Source: Cetorhinus maximus
Taxonomy: Eukaryota
Length of the DNA: 64,000 nucleotides
Assembly (NCBI RefSeq): GCF_964194155.1
Contig: NC_135897.1
Location: 84,320,001 to 84,384,000, forward strand
Direction of reading: 5' to 3'
The position numbers and the translations under genes are program-made. A model generated the notes under the pieces. That model searched no databases. It worked only from the letters and a program-made list of their open reading frames with translations, and had not been told where the DNA came from. Shown piece by piece: positions 1 through 11,572 of this stretch (within the stretch, counting starts at the first letter, position 1; the number at the start of each line of letters is the position of its first letter).

Positions 1-540
1 ATGTGGCTTGAGAGGGCTACCATCACTGCCACCACCACCCCGCTCCCTAATCCCCCGCTTCCTGCAAGGTATGTTAGGTTAATGGCCTATTGAGGTCAAA
101 TGTCAAAGGCTTGCCCCCCCGAGATGTCTGGGAATAGGCCAGCTGCCTGGAGGCAGCCTCCTGGCTGCAGGCTGGAAGCCAACACTCCAGGCAAGCTTGG
201 AGGCCCTCTCCACCCCCCCCCCCACTCAAACAATCTGCCTGGCCATATTTGCATTTGCAAGTCATTCTGTAAGAGAGGTTTCCTCTTTCACAATGGTGCC
301 CCCGGCTGCTGAGGAACTCTTTGTCTCTCTCTTAGCTTAACTGCAGGCTGCTGGTCTTTCCGAGCTGGAGCGGCTTCTACTTGCGCTCACCTTTGAGAAC
401 CTACTGAGCCTGCCCTTGGACTACTGATTGACCAATTGGGGAAAAATTACTGCTGGGTGACTATTTCTCGCACACTCTGGGATCGGGGCCCCCATTTGAC
501 CCTTGCATGGGGTCCCAACCCAAAATGCGAAATCCTGCCC
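1..540. mobile_element. Partial non-autonomous DNA transposon (Harbinger-like MITE), cut by window edge
   Basis: GC-rich non-coding block ending AAATCCTGCCC at 540, matching the terminus type of the element at 51348-52426 (GGGCAGAATT...AAATCCTGGCCC). Confidence 0.45.
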
Positions 541-1248
541 TGGAACTGGACAATCTTAGAGATTTTTTAGCGGTTTTTAAGCCGGGGAAAAGTTACCGGG
601 GTAGGGGTACAGAAAAGGCCTCCGATAGGGTGGAGGGAAGACTGGTTAAATGCTAAAAAGGTATAATGGTACAAGTGATGGTGAGGAAGCTCCTTTACTA
701 ATGATTTCCCTCCCTCCAGTGTAAATATGATTAACTGAAGCCTTAAAAATTGAAGGGATTAATTACAGACAGCTGCCACTAATAGTACCCGGTGTATTGG
801 TTTTTAATGAGTGAAGATTGCTTCTCCACCCATGGCCTAGTTAAAAGGGGAAAAAGAAGAAAACGATGAATTTGAGTCAAAGTTATAGATTTGGCAAACT
901 GCCCCCTCACCTACTCCAATTCTTAACTTGTACTCCCTGAAGAACCATGTTAAGTGAAGAAACACGGTGAACAATGCCAGAACTTTGCCCATCCAAAACA
1001 CGAGACCTCCAACAATGCACAAACAAAGCCTAAAGCTATTTATTGCACATTTTAAAAACTGTAGGCAGAAAATGTAGTGATTATTCTCTTCAAAGAAATT
1101 GCCTTTAGCCATTAATTCATTTGTTTATCCTTTGGCACCCTCAGTTTTTATTTTAAACATGTATTTAGTCATAAGATCTACCCCAGCATTTCAGTGATGG
1201 ATAATTTGAAACATGCAGCAGAAGAGCTTGCGTTTATGCAGCCCCTTT

Positions 1249-1503
1249 CTGAAAAAAAGGCACACGCTGTTGAAGTTTTGTGTTTTGGACTCCTCAGGAC
1301 AGAATCGTAAGAATACCAAATCTCAAAGGCAGCAACAATTTATACTGCATGAGAGGAGGGTGCTGGTTGTCACTTGGCAGCCCACTAGCACTCTCCTCTT
1401 ATGCAGTATAAATTGTTGATCTCTTCGAGATTTGGCATTCTTGCGATTCTGTCCTGGTGAGTGCAAGACACAAAGCTTTGTCAGCGCGTCTCTTTTTTTT
1501 CAG
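1249..1503. repeat. Fold-back palindromic element (~120-bp arms); each arm ends in a degenerate hammerhead motif (family 2)
   Basis: 1249-1370 is the reverse complement of 1381-1503. The right arm has TGTC-CTGGTGA-GTGCAAGAC-ACAA-AGCTT-T-GTCA at 1450-1483. A related copy lies at 52874-53175. Confidence 0.8.
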
Positions 1504-2274
1504 CACGACAGTCCCTTTCATATTCTGCTTTGCAAACCAATGAATTAATTTTTGTTGAGCGGTCGCTGTTTTGGAGCTAAATTCAGCAGCCACACTGCAC
1601 ACAGTGAGACCCGAAGAGCAGCAGAGAAATGAATGAGGTGAATTATAAGTTAATTTGTTTTTGTGTTGGATGAGGGACCCGTGTAACTCAGGATACTGGG
1701 GAGAACTCTCCTTTTCTTTGGGTAGTAGAATTCTTGGCATCCACTCGTAGCTGGTAACAGGGGAGCTTTAGTTTTAATGCCTCATCCGAAGGAAATATCA
1801 GTTTAGACGATGCACTCAAATTGCTGAAACCTACCAACTTCCGCTTCAGAGGTGGGTGTGCTAAACCAGCCTGCCTCTTTTTTTTTTTGCAAGATGACTC
1901 ATTTTGCTTGTTACTTTTACTTCCAAACCCAACCCACCATCGATGCCCCCTTGGCCTAATAAATAACCCCATTCTATACAACCATTCAAAGTATCATCAC
2001 AGCATTGGGTACGTGCAAATTATACCTGATGCTCAAAAAATAAGGAAAAAAAGAGACAAGCTGGGAGATACTTGATTCTCAAGCGGATGTCCTGGCCATA
2101 GTTATAATCATTCCTCCAATCAAATCTCAATTAAACTCAAGTTTAATTAAATAATATATATAAAAATATAATTCCATATAGCACGTAATACATGAATAAC
2201 ATAGGACCACAGTTAGGACTCATTGCATGAATTAAACTCTTTCATAGGTGACAAACCAGATATAAAAATCTTTT

Positions 2275-2464
2275 ACAAAAACAGAAATACCTGGAAAAAC
2301 TCAGCAGGTCTGGCAGCATCGGCGAAGAAGAGCAAAGTCCTCATGAGGACTCGAAACGTCAACTTTGCTCTTCTTCGCCGATGCTGCCAGACCTGCTGAA
2401 TTTTTCCAGGTATTTCTGTTTTTGTTTTGGATTTCCAGCATCCGCAGTTTTTTGTTTTTATCTC
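2275..2464 (+). mobile_element. Short Penelope-like element derivative (inverted plus direct pseudo-LTR end)
   Basis: Matches the 3' terminus of the PLE at 14430-14573; inverted arm 2275-2338; exact 14-bp TSD TATAAAAATCTTTT at 2261-2274 and 2465-2478. Confidence 0.9.
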
Positions 2465-2767
2465 TATAAAAATCTTTTGTCGCGAGTGCAGTCTCAGCAC
2501 TTTGCGAATTTTCTTTCGTCAAAACAAGTTTTCTCATATCGGTTCACCTGGCCTTGTCGACTTGGAGAAGCCATGCAATTTATAAAAGCCCCAAAGTAAG
2601 AATGTTGTAAATATTGTTTCTTTTTCTCTTTCGCAGCTTATTTGTCAAGAAAATTGTGGCATTGCGGTAAAAGCTCCTTGTGAAATTTGGTGTGATGGGT
2701 TTTGAGGCGACTGCTTCATTTCAGCTTTGGAGAAAAAGATAGCGGAATGCGCAGGCGAACGTCCATT

Positions 2768-3766
2768 TTAATCGCACAATGTTAAGTTGGTCTCGTTTCT
2801 CCCCTCCTCATCCTCACTTTTCTCCTGGCGTTTGGCCCGTTTGGTTGATCCAAACGTTTCTGTGATTTTTGACCGGAATGATTTGCAGAGGTAGAAATAC
2901 AAAATGGGGTCCAAACAAAGATTGAGAACAGCCAAGAGGAAGGTGGATTCCTTTGCATAAAACAGGGATCGTTGTACAGTGCAGTCTCTCGCTGGCTTGT
3001 ATTGACTAAGCGTGTATGGAGTCCGAACAATGTGATATGGGACGAAACAAATTATGTAGATGCCAGTCAGTATGAAAACGTGCCTCAGAGTTTGCTGTGC
3101 GTCTTTCTGCGTTTCTCTGTCCTTGTTTTCGTACAGTTTTTTCGCCACAAGGAAGTTGGAGGTTAGGAGCATCACTGAAACATTCATAAATATTGCAATG
3201 CAGATAAAATTGGTAAGGACATGCCAGTGCAGCCCCAGTGTAATCTTGATCTCTGCACACTTTAGAAGAGGCTTTGGTTCTATGCTTTTGATGGGGATTG
3301 CCATGTTTGGCACCATCAACAGCAGGACCATTCCCCATATTACAACAGACATCATTTTTGCAAAGCCTGGTTCCTGAATTCGTTGGAACCTTGAGTTTCC
3401 TGAGAGTTGAATGTATCGATCTATGCTCACAAAGCCCAGGAATATAATCGATGAGTACATATTAACGTAGATGAGGCATGCTGTGACCTGGCAGTGAAAG
3501 ACCATCAAACCCCATGGAGCAATGCCCAAGTCAACAGCTATTTTGAAAGGCAGAGCCAAACTCAGCAGAAAATCGGCAGTCAGCAGGTTCAGTAGGTAGA
3601 TGTTGAGGCATTTTCTGGCTTTCCTTTGGCTAATAAATGCCCAAAGTGCTACGCAACTCCCAATAATGCCAATCAGGAAGATTAAATAATAAAAATAAGT
3701 GAAAGCTTCCATATTGTTATTGCTTGTACACTCTGCACTGGAGCTGTTAGATGGTGTAGAGCTCAT
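2768..3766 (-). CDS. GPR171: G protein-coupled receptor 171-like, 332 aa, single coding exon
   Basis: Seven TM segments with LNLLTADFLLSLALPFKI, CQVTACLIYVNMY, SIDRY, CFVPYHIVRTPY and KESTFLLAVLNLCLDPILY, as in GPR171. First in-frame ATG is at 3766 (the ORF-track start 3781 is TTG). Position next to P2Y14-like genes matches known synteny. Confidence 0.92.
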   Translation of the reverse strand: MSSTPSNSSSAECTSNNNMEAFTYFYYLIFLIGIIGSCVALWAFISQRKARKCLNIYLLNLLTADFLLSLALPFKIAVDLGIAPWGLMVFHCQVTACLIYVNMYSSIIFLGFVSIDRYIQLSGNSRFQRIQEPGFAKMMSVVIWGMVLLLMVPNMAIPIKSIEPKPLLKCAEIKITLGLHWHVLTNFICIAIFMNVSVMLLTSNFLVAKKLYENKDRETQKDAQQTLRHVFILTGIYIICFVPYHIVRTPYTLSQYKPARDCTVQRSLFYAKESTFLLAVLNLCLDPILYFYLCKSFRSKITETFGSTKRAKRQEKSEDEEGRNETNLTLCD

Positions 3767-3811
3767 TGTGTGCAGCTTCAAACAAAAACGTGACGCCTAA
3801 TGTACTAAGAT

Positions 3812-4037
3812 CTGAAACGAGAAAGAAAAATGAGATTGAAAATGAACTTCTGGAATAGCTGTAAATCAAATCGAAGACGATCAGTTTAGGCATTTCTGAC
3901 ATTGGATGTGCGGCGGGGGTGTTGGGTACAATCTATACACAAGAGAGTTTGATCGGTTTATATAGCCAAGGGTGAGAGAGACCCTAGTAGATAAATTCAA
4001 AGATCAGCAAATAAACCATAAGAGGAAGGAGACTTAC
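3812..4037 (-). other. Putative 5'-UTR intron of GPR171
   Basis: Minus-strand donor ACA|GTAAGT at 4038/4037 and a pyrimidine-rich acceptor TTTTTCTTTCTCGTTTCAG| at 3812/3811, 45 nt before the ATG. Confidence 0.6.
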
Positions 4038-4894
4038 TGTATTGATGCTTTAACAAAGCAACGTGTCCACAGTGTAGAAATTTTCAGCTGGGTAAACAAA
4101 CACCTTGTTTGTCTGATTAAGGTTGATTTTTGCTGACTTGGAGTTGCAGCCCGTACCTAAGTGAGGGTAATTTACAGTTGTCCTGTTTCCAAAAAGGCCA
4201 TCAGCGCTACTCCACGAAGAGTTAGTGGTAAACACGGCTGCTTAAGTCTCCAAAGCCCTCTGCTGCTCGTCTAAATTTGAGAAAGGAAGTATCTACCTAC
4301 TGCCTTGTTTCCCTTAGAAGGAAGCAGCTTGTAGGAAATGCTTGATGAGTCAGAAGATGGGTCGCCTGCTCTGTAGTGGAATGCTAATAATGACCTTTTT
4401 AGAAGTTAAACGCCAACACTATTATCTTGCCTGTTGTTTCGTCATTGATGTAACTTTTACATGCCAACCACATTGTACATTCCCAGTTATAGTGTACTCC
4501 CTGACTGAATTTCCCTTATTACTCACGCACTCGATCAGCAGTTGCCTTACTTCAGTTTACCAGAAGTATGAGTTTTGGTCTTTTTAAAGTATGAACTGTG
4601 TTGATGGATAATATCATGTCATCTGCAATTCCCTATTATCAAGAACCTCTCAGCTGCAAAGACAACAGTTACTTTTTCAAACAAGATTTCAAGGTTTGAA
4701 GTAATCCCTTCACCCTCCCATGTTTATATTGCTTGGCTCCTAATGATGACACTTTTTGACGGTAGCATTTTGCTTAACTATTTAGGATAGCCTAATGATT
4801 CACAAACCGTTTCCAATTGATTTTCAGAGCCTTTCCCCCCCCCTCGCAGAAAACAATAACACACACACAGCCTTTTAAACATTCGCTTCTGCAA

Positions 4895-4994
4895 AAAGGA
4901 AATCAGTGAAACAGAAAGAAATGTTGATGCCACAGCCCTTCTGAGACTAGAGGAGGAGGAAGTGAAATAGGTTAGGCTTCAGATCAATGTGGTC
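4895..4994. promoter_or_regulatory. Candidate haematopoietic enhancer/promoter upstream of GPR171 (ETS-IRF composite, ISRE-like and RUNX-like motifs)
   Basis: GAAACAGAAA at 4908-4917, GGAAGTGAAA at 4958-4967 (EICE consensus GGAAnnGAAA) and TGTGGTC at 4988-4994, all in non-repetitive sequence. Confidence 0.45.
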
Positions 4995-6520
4995 ACTGCG
5001 CTAGTAAAGAACGCAAGAGCAACAAATCGTTCAGAGGGAGCAAACAATTTTGCATGTTGGCTTGTTAATGATTGTGGAGAAAATGATTCAGTTCACACTT
5101 GTACAGCTATGCGTGTATTGCTGCACTTTTATGTTTGGAGGAAAAGGAAACAAAGTTGTGTTAAAAGCAAGGTTGATTTTCATAGGATTCTTCAAAAAAA
5201 AATCTTAAAATCCTGGAATCCCATGTATTGAGAACCCAATCTGGCTTTGTCCAGCCTCTGAGCCTCATTGTAAGGTGTTTGCAGCCTCTTGGCTTAACAT
5301 GGGTAGATCCACAAAAATTAAAATTCTTCACAGAATCGCAACCCCAGAATGTGATCCCATAAACACTGAAAATCCTGGATCCAATGTGACAAGAACACAA
5401 CTTGACTTACTCGGTCACCTCAAGGCCAGTGACTCAGGCCCATGTCTCTTTTCTAACACTCTGCTGACAGGGTTACCCGGATTTCTGCAGGACCGACAGG
5501 ACCCTTCAAACACAGGCCATCGCCCATATAGTTAAACCATTCCATCCTGCACTTAGTGTAGAAACACTCACTTCTTAAAATTTATATAAGAATTAAAAGC
5601 TATGCTGGCAAACTGAAACCAGCGGCTGGGAAAAAAAACCTCAAACGTTTAAGCGTTCCAATGGTACTTGTAGTTTACAAAGCCCTTGGGTCACAACAAA
5701 AAGCGTTAGTCTATCATCATTTTTGAACGGCCAGCAGACCTCATTAGCAACACTGAAGCTGTGAGCCAAAGCTTGAAATTTACTCCAGCAGTTTTTCTAC
5801 ACGTTTTTTTAAAAAAAAATTGAGATGTTTGGTTTTCGCATGTAAATGCTTTACCTCCTGATTAATTTGCAGCCCTAGTTGTGACATCGTTTGGTGTCTT
5901 TGAGGCAGCAACATAAAGAAAAGGAAACTTCATACCTGATTCACAAAATGGACTATTTTGTTTCTGAATGAGCTCAGTTAGACAGGATCGAGCCGTGGTT
6001 GTGTGATAAGAGGCAGCTGGCTGTTTGAGTAGTGTACCGTCGACAGCAGTGTCGTGCGGAAATCTAATCACTTTGCTCATGTTTTCCTCTTATTTCAGAA
6101 TATAGTTTTCTGTGGGGTGTGCGGTTTTTTGAAAATTAGTTGATTGACGTAGATGAAACTCAGCCTTCAAAGAGCTAGATCGCTGCTGATCTGAATGTGT
6201 GATGTTACACTCTGCACTTAAAGCATCTCGTTCAGGGTTAGCACCTCTTGATCATTTAATAAAAGTCTTTTTATAAAGGTTGCTTTCCCTCCCGAAGTAC
6301 CTTTTTGTACGTAGCTTCCAAAGCCCCAATCCTAACTTCACAGATATTGTGATGCGAGCAATGTCGGATTTTGTCTGTAATGTTGTCACAATAATTACAG
6401 CACACTAAGCTGTTTTCCTTTTACCAAAATGGTGAGCGTGGTGTTTTAAGAAGTCATGCCTTTCTTGTTCCCAGTGATGCTACTTCCCTCTCCTCTCCAA
6501 TTTTCTTTGCTCCCCTTCTA

Positions 6521-6668
6521 AAGCACAACTTGTTGAAGGATCATGAGGACTCAAAATGTCAACTGTGCTCTTCTCCACCGATGCTGCCGTACCTGCTGAG
6601 TTTTTCCAGGTATTTCTGTTTCTGTTTTTGTTTTGGATTTCCAGCATCCGCAGTTCTTTGCTTTTATA
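6521..6668 (+). mobile_element. PLE pseudo-LTR 3'-end fragment with decayed hammerhead motif
   Basis: TGTTGAAGGATCATGAGGACTCAAAATGTCAAC...TTTTTCCAGGTATTTCTG...CCAGCATCCGCAG; same family as 14430-14573. Confidence 0.85.
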
Positions 6669-6955
6669 TCAATAGCTGGTTAGTGCCAGCAGCTCTCCAG
6701 TGTCTCACACGTGTGGTCATTCTTTCCGTGTGAGCCTAGAGAATGAATATTGATCAGCAAGGTGTTTGATCTACGGCTGGCATTGTAACCATGTCCAATA
6801 GTGTTCTCAGTCAACGTCCAAACAGGGCTATCAGGAACACCAAGATTATTTTTTACATCCTCTATTTTTAAATCCTACCACCACGCCAACCTATTTGTAT
6901 AATGACTGATACTTTGGTTAAGAACAGTTAATCCCATACAGGAGTTATGACTGAT

Positions 6956-7058
6956 CAGTTCTGATGAAGAGTCATACGGACTCAAAACGTTAGCTCTGTC
7001 TTCCTCTCCACAGATGCTGCCAGACCTGCTGAGTTTTTCCAGCTACTTTTGTTTCTGT
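6956..7058 (+). mobile_element. PLE pseudo-LTR fragment with hammerhead motif (canonical CTGATGA)
   Basis: CAGTT-CTGATGA-A-GAGTC-ATACG-GACTC-AAAAC-GTT-AGCT at 6956-6995, followed by the family body. Confidence 0.85.
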
Positions 7059-7074
7059 TAACTCCATACAGGGA

Positions 7075-7641
7075 TGGAACCTGGAAACTTTTGGTCTTCG
7101 TTCATTCTAAATTCGACTGCCCCGATCATCATCTGGCCATCCTCCCACCCTCCATCCTTCATAACTTTCAGCTCATCCGAAACTAGCCTAACTTGCACCT
7201 ATTCTCATTCACCCACCGACCCTGTGCTTGCTGACCTTCATTGGCTCCTGGTCCGGTACTGACTCAAATTTATGATTTGCGCACTTATTTTCAAACTCTT
7301 TTTCCTCCATATCTCTGTAACCTCCTGCAAAGCTCCAACCCTCCAGGATCTCTGTGCTCCTCCAACCCTGGCCGATTTCCATCACCCCACCATTAGTGGA
7401 CATGACTTCAGCTGCCTAGCTCCTCGGAATGATGATGTAAGTTCTATCATCAACCTCTCATTTTCTCTTTCCGCCATTAAGCTGCTGCTTTAAAAGGTGC
7501 CAAATTGCCTAGGCTTTTGGTCACCTGCCCTCATATCTCCTTACGTGGCTCAGTGTTGAATTTTGTTTGCTGTTACTCCTGTAAAGCATTTGGGATATTT
7601 TATAATGTTAAGGATATTATATAAATCCAAATTGTTATTGT
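7075..7641 (+). mobile_element. L2-type LINE 3' fragment (decayed)
   Basis: Translates in part to PVLADLHWL (L2 ORF2 C-terminus) and ends in an L2-like tail CTCCTGTAAAGCATTTGGGA...TATATAAAT. Confidence 0.7.
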
Positions 7642-7781
7642 ATGGCTGTAAGCCAAATATCATTTTTATATTGAAGCTTGCGTGAATGTAGAGAGGGTGT
7701 ATCGCCAAAACAGTCCTCATAATAATTATTGTACTGTATCTTAATTCATTTTTTTTACCATGTAATAGATGGATTCAAGGC

Positions 7782-10700
7782 TTTTTAAAATTCATTCACG
7801 GGGTGTGGACTTCGCGACCTGGGCCAGCATTTATTGCCCATTCCTAGTTGACCTTGAGAAGGTGGTGGTGTGCTGCCTTCTTGAACCACTGCAGTCCATG
7901 TGGTGTGGGTACACCCACAGTGCTGTTAGGAGAGCTCCGGGACTTTGACCCAGCGACAGTGAAGGAACGGTGATATATTTCCAAGTCAAGATGGTGAGTG
8001 ACTTGGAGAGGAACTTTCAGGTGGTGGTGTTCCCATCTGTCTACTGCCATTGTCCTTCTAGATGGTAGTGGTTGTAGGTTTGGAAGGTGCTGTCAAAGGA
8101 GCCTTGGTGAATTCCTGCAGTGCATCTTGTAGATGGTACGCACTGCTGCTATTGTGCGTTGGTCGTGGAGGGAGTGAATGTTTGTGGATGTGGTGCCAAT
8201 CAAGCGGGCTGCTTTGTCCTGGATGGTGTCCAGCTTCTTGAGTGCTGTGGGAGCTGCACTCATCCAAGCAAGTGGGGAGTATTCCATCACACTCCTGACT
8301 TGTGCCTTGTGCCAGGCTTTGTGGAGTCAGTAGCTGAGTTACTTGTTGCACGACTCCTAGCCTCTGACCTGTTTTTGTAGGCACAGTATTTATATGGCTA
8401 GTCCAGTTCAGTTTCTGGTCAATGGTAACCCCCAGGATGATGATAGTGGGGGATTCAGTGATGGTAATGCCATTGAACATCAAGGGGCAATGGTTGGATT
8501 CTCTCTTGTTGGAGATGGTCATTGCCTGACACTTGCGTGGTGAGAATGTTACTTACCACTTATCAGCCCGAGCCTGGATATTGTCCAGGTCTTGCTGCAT
8601 TTGGACATGAACTGCTTCAGTATCCGAGGAGTTGCGAATGGTGCTGAACATTGTGCAATCATCAGCAAACATCCCCACTTCTGACCTTATGATGGAATGA
8701 AGGTCATTGATGAAGCAGCTGAAGATGGTTGGGCCAAGGACACTACCCTGAGGAACTCCTGCAGTGATGTCCTGGAGCTGAGATGACTGACCTCCAACCA
8801 CCACAACCATCTTCCTTTGTGATAGGTATGACTCCAACCAGTGGAGAGTTTTCCCCCTGATTCCCGTTGACTCCAGTTTTGCTAGGGTTCCTTGATGCCA
8901 CACTTGTCAGCGAGCAGGTTATGGCTAGGCAAGTGCCGCACGATAATACTGTTGCTGCCCTCTTCCATTACTTTACTGATGATGGAGAGTAGACTGATGG
9001 GGTGGTAATTGGCCGGGTTAGATTTGTCCTGCTTTTTATGTACAAGACATATCTGGGTAATTTTCCATATAGTCTGGTGTTGTAGTTGTACTGGAACAGC
9101 TTGGCTAGGGGCGCGGCAAGTTCTGGAGCACAAGTCTTCAGTACTAATGCCAGAATATTGTCAGGGCCCATAACCTTTGCAGTATCCAGTGCCTTCAGCC
9201 ATTTCTTGATATCATGCGGAGTGAATCGAATTGGCTGAAGACTGGCATCTGTGTTGCTGGGGGCCTCCGGAGGAGGCTGAGTTGGATTATCCACTCGGCA
9301 CGTCTGGCTGAAGATTGTAGCAAATGCTTCAGCCTCACCTTTTGCACTGCTGTGCTGGGCTCCTCCATCATTGAGGATGGGGATATTTATGGAGCCTCCA
9401 ACTCCAGTGAGTTGTTTAATTGTCCACCACCATTCACGACAAGATGTGGCAGGACTGCAGAGCTTAGATCTGATCCGTTGGTTGTGGGATCGCTTAGCCC
9501 TGTCTATCACTTGCTGCTTATGTTGTTTGGCACGCAAGTAGTCCTGTGTTGTAGCTTCACCAGGTTGACACCTCATTTTCAGGTATGCCTGGTCCTGCCC
9601 CACTCTTTATTGAACCAGGGTTGATTCCCTGGCTTGATGGTAATGGTAGAGTGGGGGACATGCTGGGCCATGAGGTTACAGATTGTGTTCGAGTACAATT
9701 CTGCTGCTGCTGCTGATGGTCCACAGCATCTCATGGATACCCAGTCTTGAGTTGCTAGATCTGTTCGAAATCTATCCCATTTAAAATGGTGGTAGTGCCA
9801 CACAACAGAATGGGCGTTATCCTCAATGTGAACCATAGAAAAGTTACAGCACAGAAGGAGGCCATTCGGCCCATCTTGTGGTGGGACTTCGTTCCCACAA
9901 CGTCTGTGCGGTGGTCATTCCTACCGATACTGTCATGGATGCATCTTCAGCAGGCAGGTTTGTGAGGATGAGGTCAAGTATGTTTTCCCCCTTGTTGGTT
10001 CCTGCCGTTTACCCAGTCTAGCAGCTATGTCCTTTAGGACTCGGCCAGCTTGGTCAGTAGCGGTGCTATCGAGCCACTCTTGGTGATGGACGTTCAGCAG
10101 GAGGTTTCCTTGCCCATGTTTTTCCTAATGCCATGAGGCTTCATGGGGTCCGGAATTGATGTTGAGGACTCCAACGCAACTCCCTCCCGACTGTAAACCA
10201 CTGTGCCAGGCCTGTCGTGCCAGTGGGACAGGACGTACCCAGGGATGGTGATAGTCGTGTCTGGGACATTATCTGTAAGATATGATTCCGTAAGGATGAC
10301 TATGTCTGCTGACCAGTCTGTGAGACAGCTCTCCCAATTTTGGCACAGATATTCGTAAGGAGGACCTTAAGCAGGGCCGACAGGGCTGAGTTTGCCATTG
10401 TCGTTTCCGGTGCCTCGGCCGATGCTGGGTGGTCTGTCCAGTTTCATTCCTTTTTTGTGACTTTGTGGCGGTTTGTTACAACTGAAAGGCTTGTTAGGCC
10501 ATTTAAGAGTCAACCACATTGCTGTGGGTCTGGAGTCATGTGTAGGCCAGACCAGGTAAGGACAGCAGATTTCCTTCCCTAAAGGACATTAATGAATCAG
10601 ATGGGTTTTTACAACAGTCGACAATGGTTTCACAGTCATCATTAGACTTTTAATTCCAGATTTTTTTTTATTGAATTCAAATTCCACCATCTGCCGTGGC

Positions 10701-10786
10701 AGGATTCAAACCTGGCGTTAATGGTGTTACCCTGGGTCTCTGGATTACCAGTCCAGCGACGATATCACTACACTACCACCTCCTCC
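7782..10786 (-). mobile_element. CR1-group LINE (APE + RT, disrupted) with a tRNA-like 5' head
   Basis: Fragments in order: APE remnant near 10200-10400 (DIVILTESYL..TITIPGY), NPANYHPISLLS, GVPQGSVLGP, MFADD, MEYSPLAW; 3' tail at 7782-7860; tRNA-like A/B-box head at ~10690-10786. Confidence 0.9.
9833..9880 (-). mobile_element. Tiny CR1 3'-tail insertion within the LINE
   Basis: CATAGAAAAGTTACAGCACAGAAGGAGGCCATTCGGCCCATC matches the CR1 tails at ~19397 and ~41492. Confidence 0.7.
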
Positions 10787-11572
10787 TAATTAGGAAATCT
10801 TTCTCCAGTTTGCTGACCCAGCCCACCAGGACACCTTGACCAACCTGGTCCAAATTTGGGTTTTCTCCTCAGCTTTTGATTACTTTTTAAAACGATCTTT
10901 CCATTTGGTCCTTTTGAACGTGTCAATACAGTTTGATCTATATTAACCTGTCAGCTTTTAAAATCACACTTTCCAGCTACTGGGAACTGAAATGTTGGTA
11001 AAGCGTTCTGACTGGTTCATGTTTCCTTCACTACCCTGATTCTGTACGTTGTGTTTAAAACAAAAAATGAGTACATCTGCTGAGAGACCATTTTCACTGT
11101 AAGAAATGTCTATCCTGAGCCAAAGTTTAAGCTCCATTCTGGTCTTTTCACACCCAACTTCATCACACCCTATCAGCATATCCTTCTAAACTTGATGAAC
11201 ACAGATCCATTGCAGCAGAATAATAGATTATGAATTATGTTTTCTGCTTTTCTGATTCATACGTTTCAGGAGTATAGGTTTGTAAGTTAAAATTTTTAAA
11301 TATAAGATAAATGAAAACACCTGGCTTGTGAAGGGAAAGTCCTGTTGTGTTGCTGGCATTGTGGTGTATTCACACCTAGCATTATATCAGCCTCTGGATC
11401 TATCTGGAGGAGACTATTTGTCTCAAGGCATCTTAGGCAAGGCTTTCAAGTTGGGGTGTACGCCAGGGAGGTTTAAATTATTCATGTAGTCTCTTCAGAT
11501 CAAAGAAGCTCTGAAAGCAACTTGAAAACAGAGGCCTCCTCTGGGCTTCTTGATAGAGTCAGTGAGTCTGGT

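Noticed and set aside
2275-2464. Palindromic repeats as a CRISPR array, terminators or TIR MITEs
   Set aside because: Eukaryotic context with no repeat-spacer periodicity; arms are asymmetric, TSD lengths vary, and the sequence matches the PLE 3' end.
3767-3781. ORF-track start for GPR171 (MKLHT)
   Set aside because: The codon is TTG; the first in-frame ATG is at 3766.
5853-5940. Additional minus-strand splice donors upstream of GPR171
   Set aside because: Consensus-like GT sites only; no matching exon or acceptor could be supported without transcripts.
11522-11572. N-terminus of the 490-aa ORF
   Set aside because: Starts at TTG in flanking DNA outside the candidate TSD; it is read-through into a 5'-truncated element.
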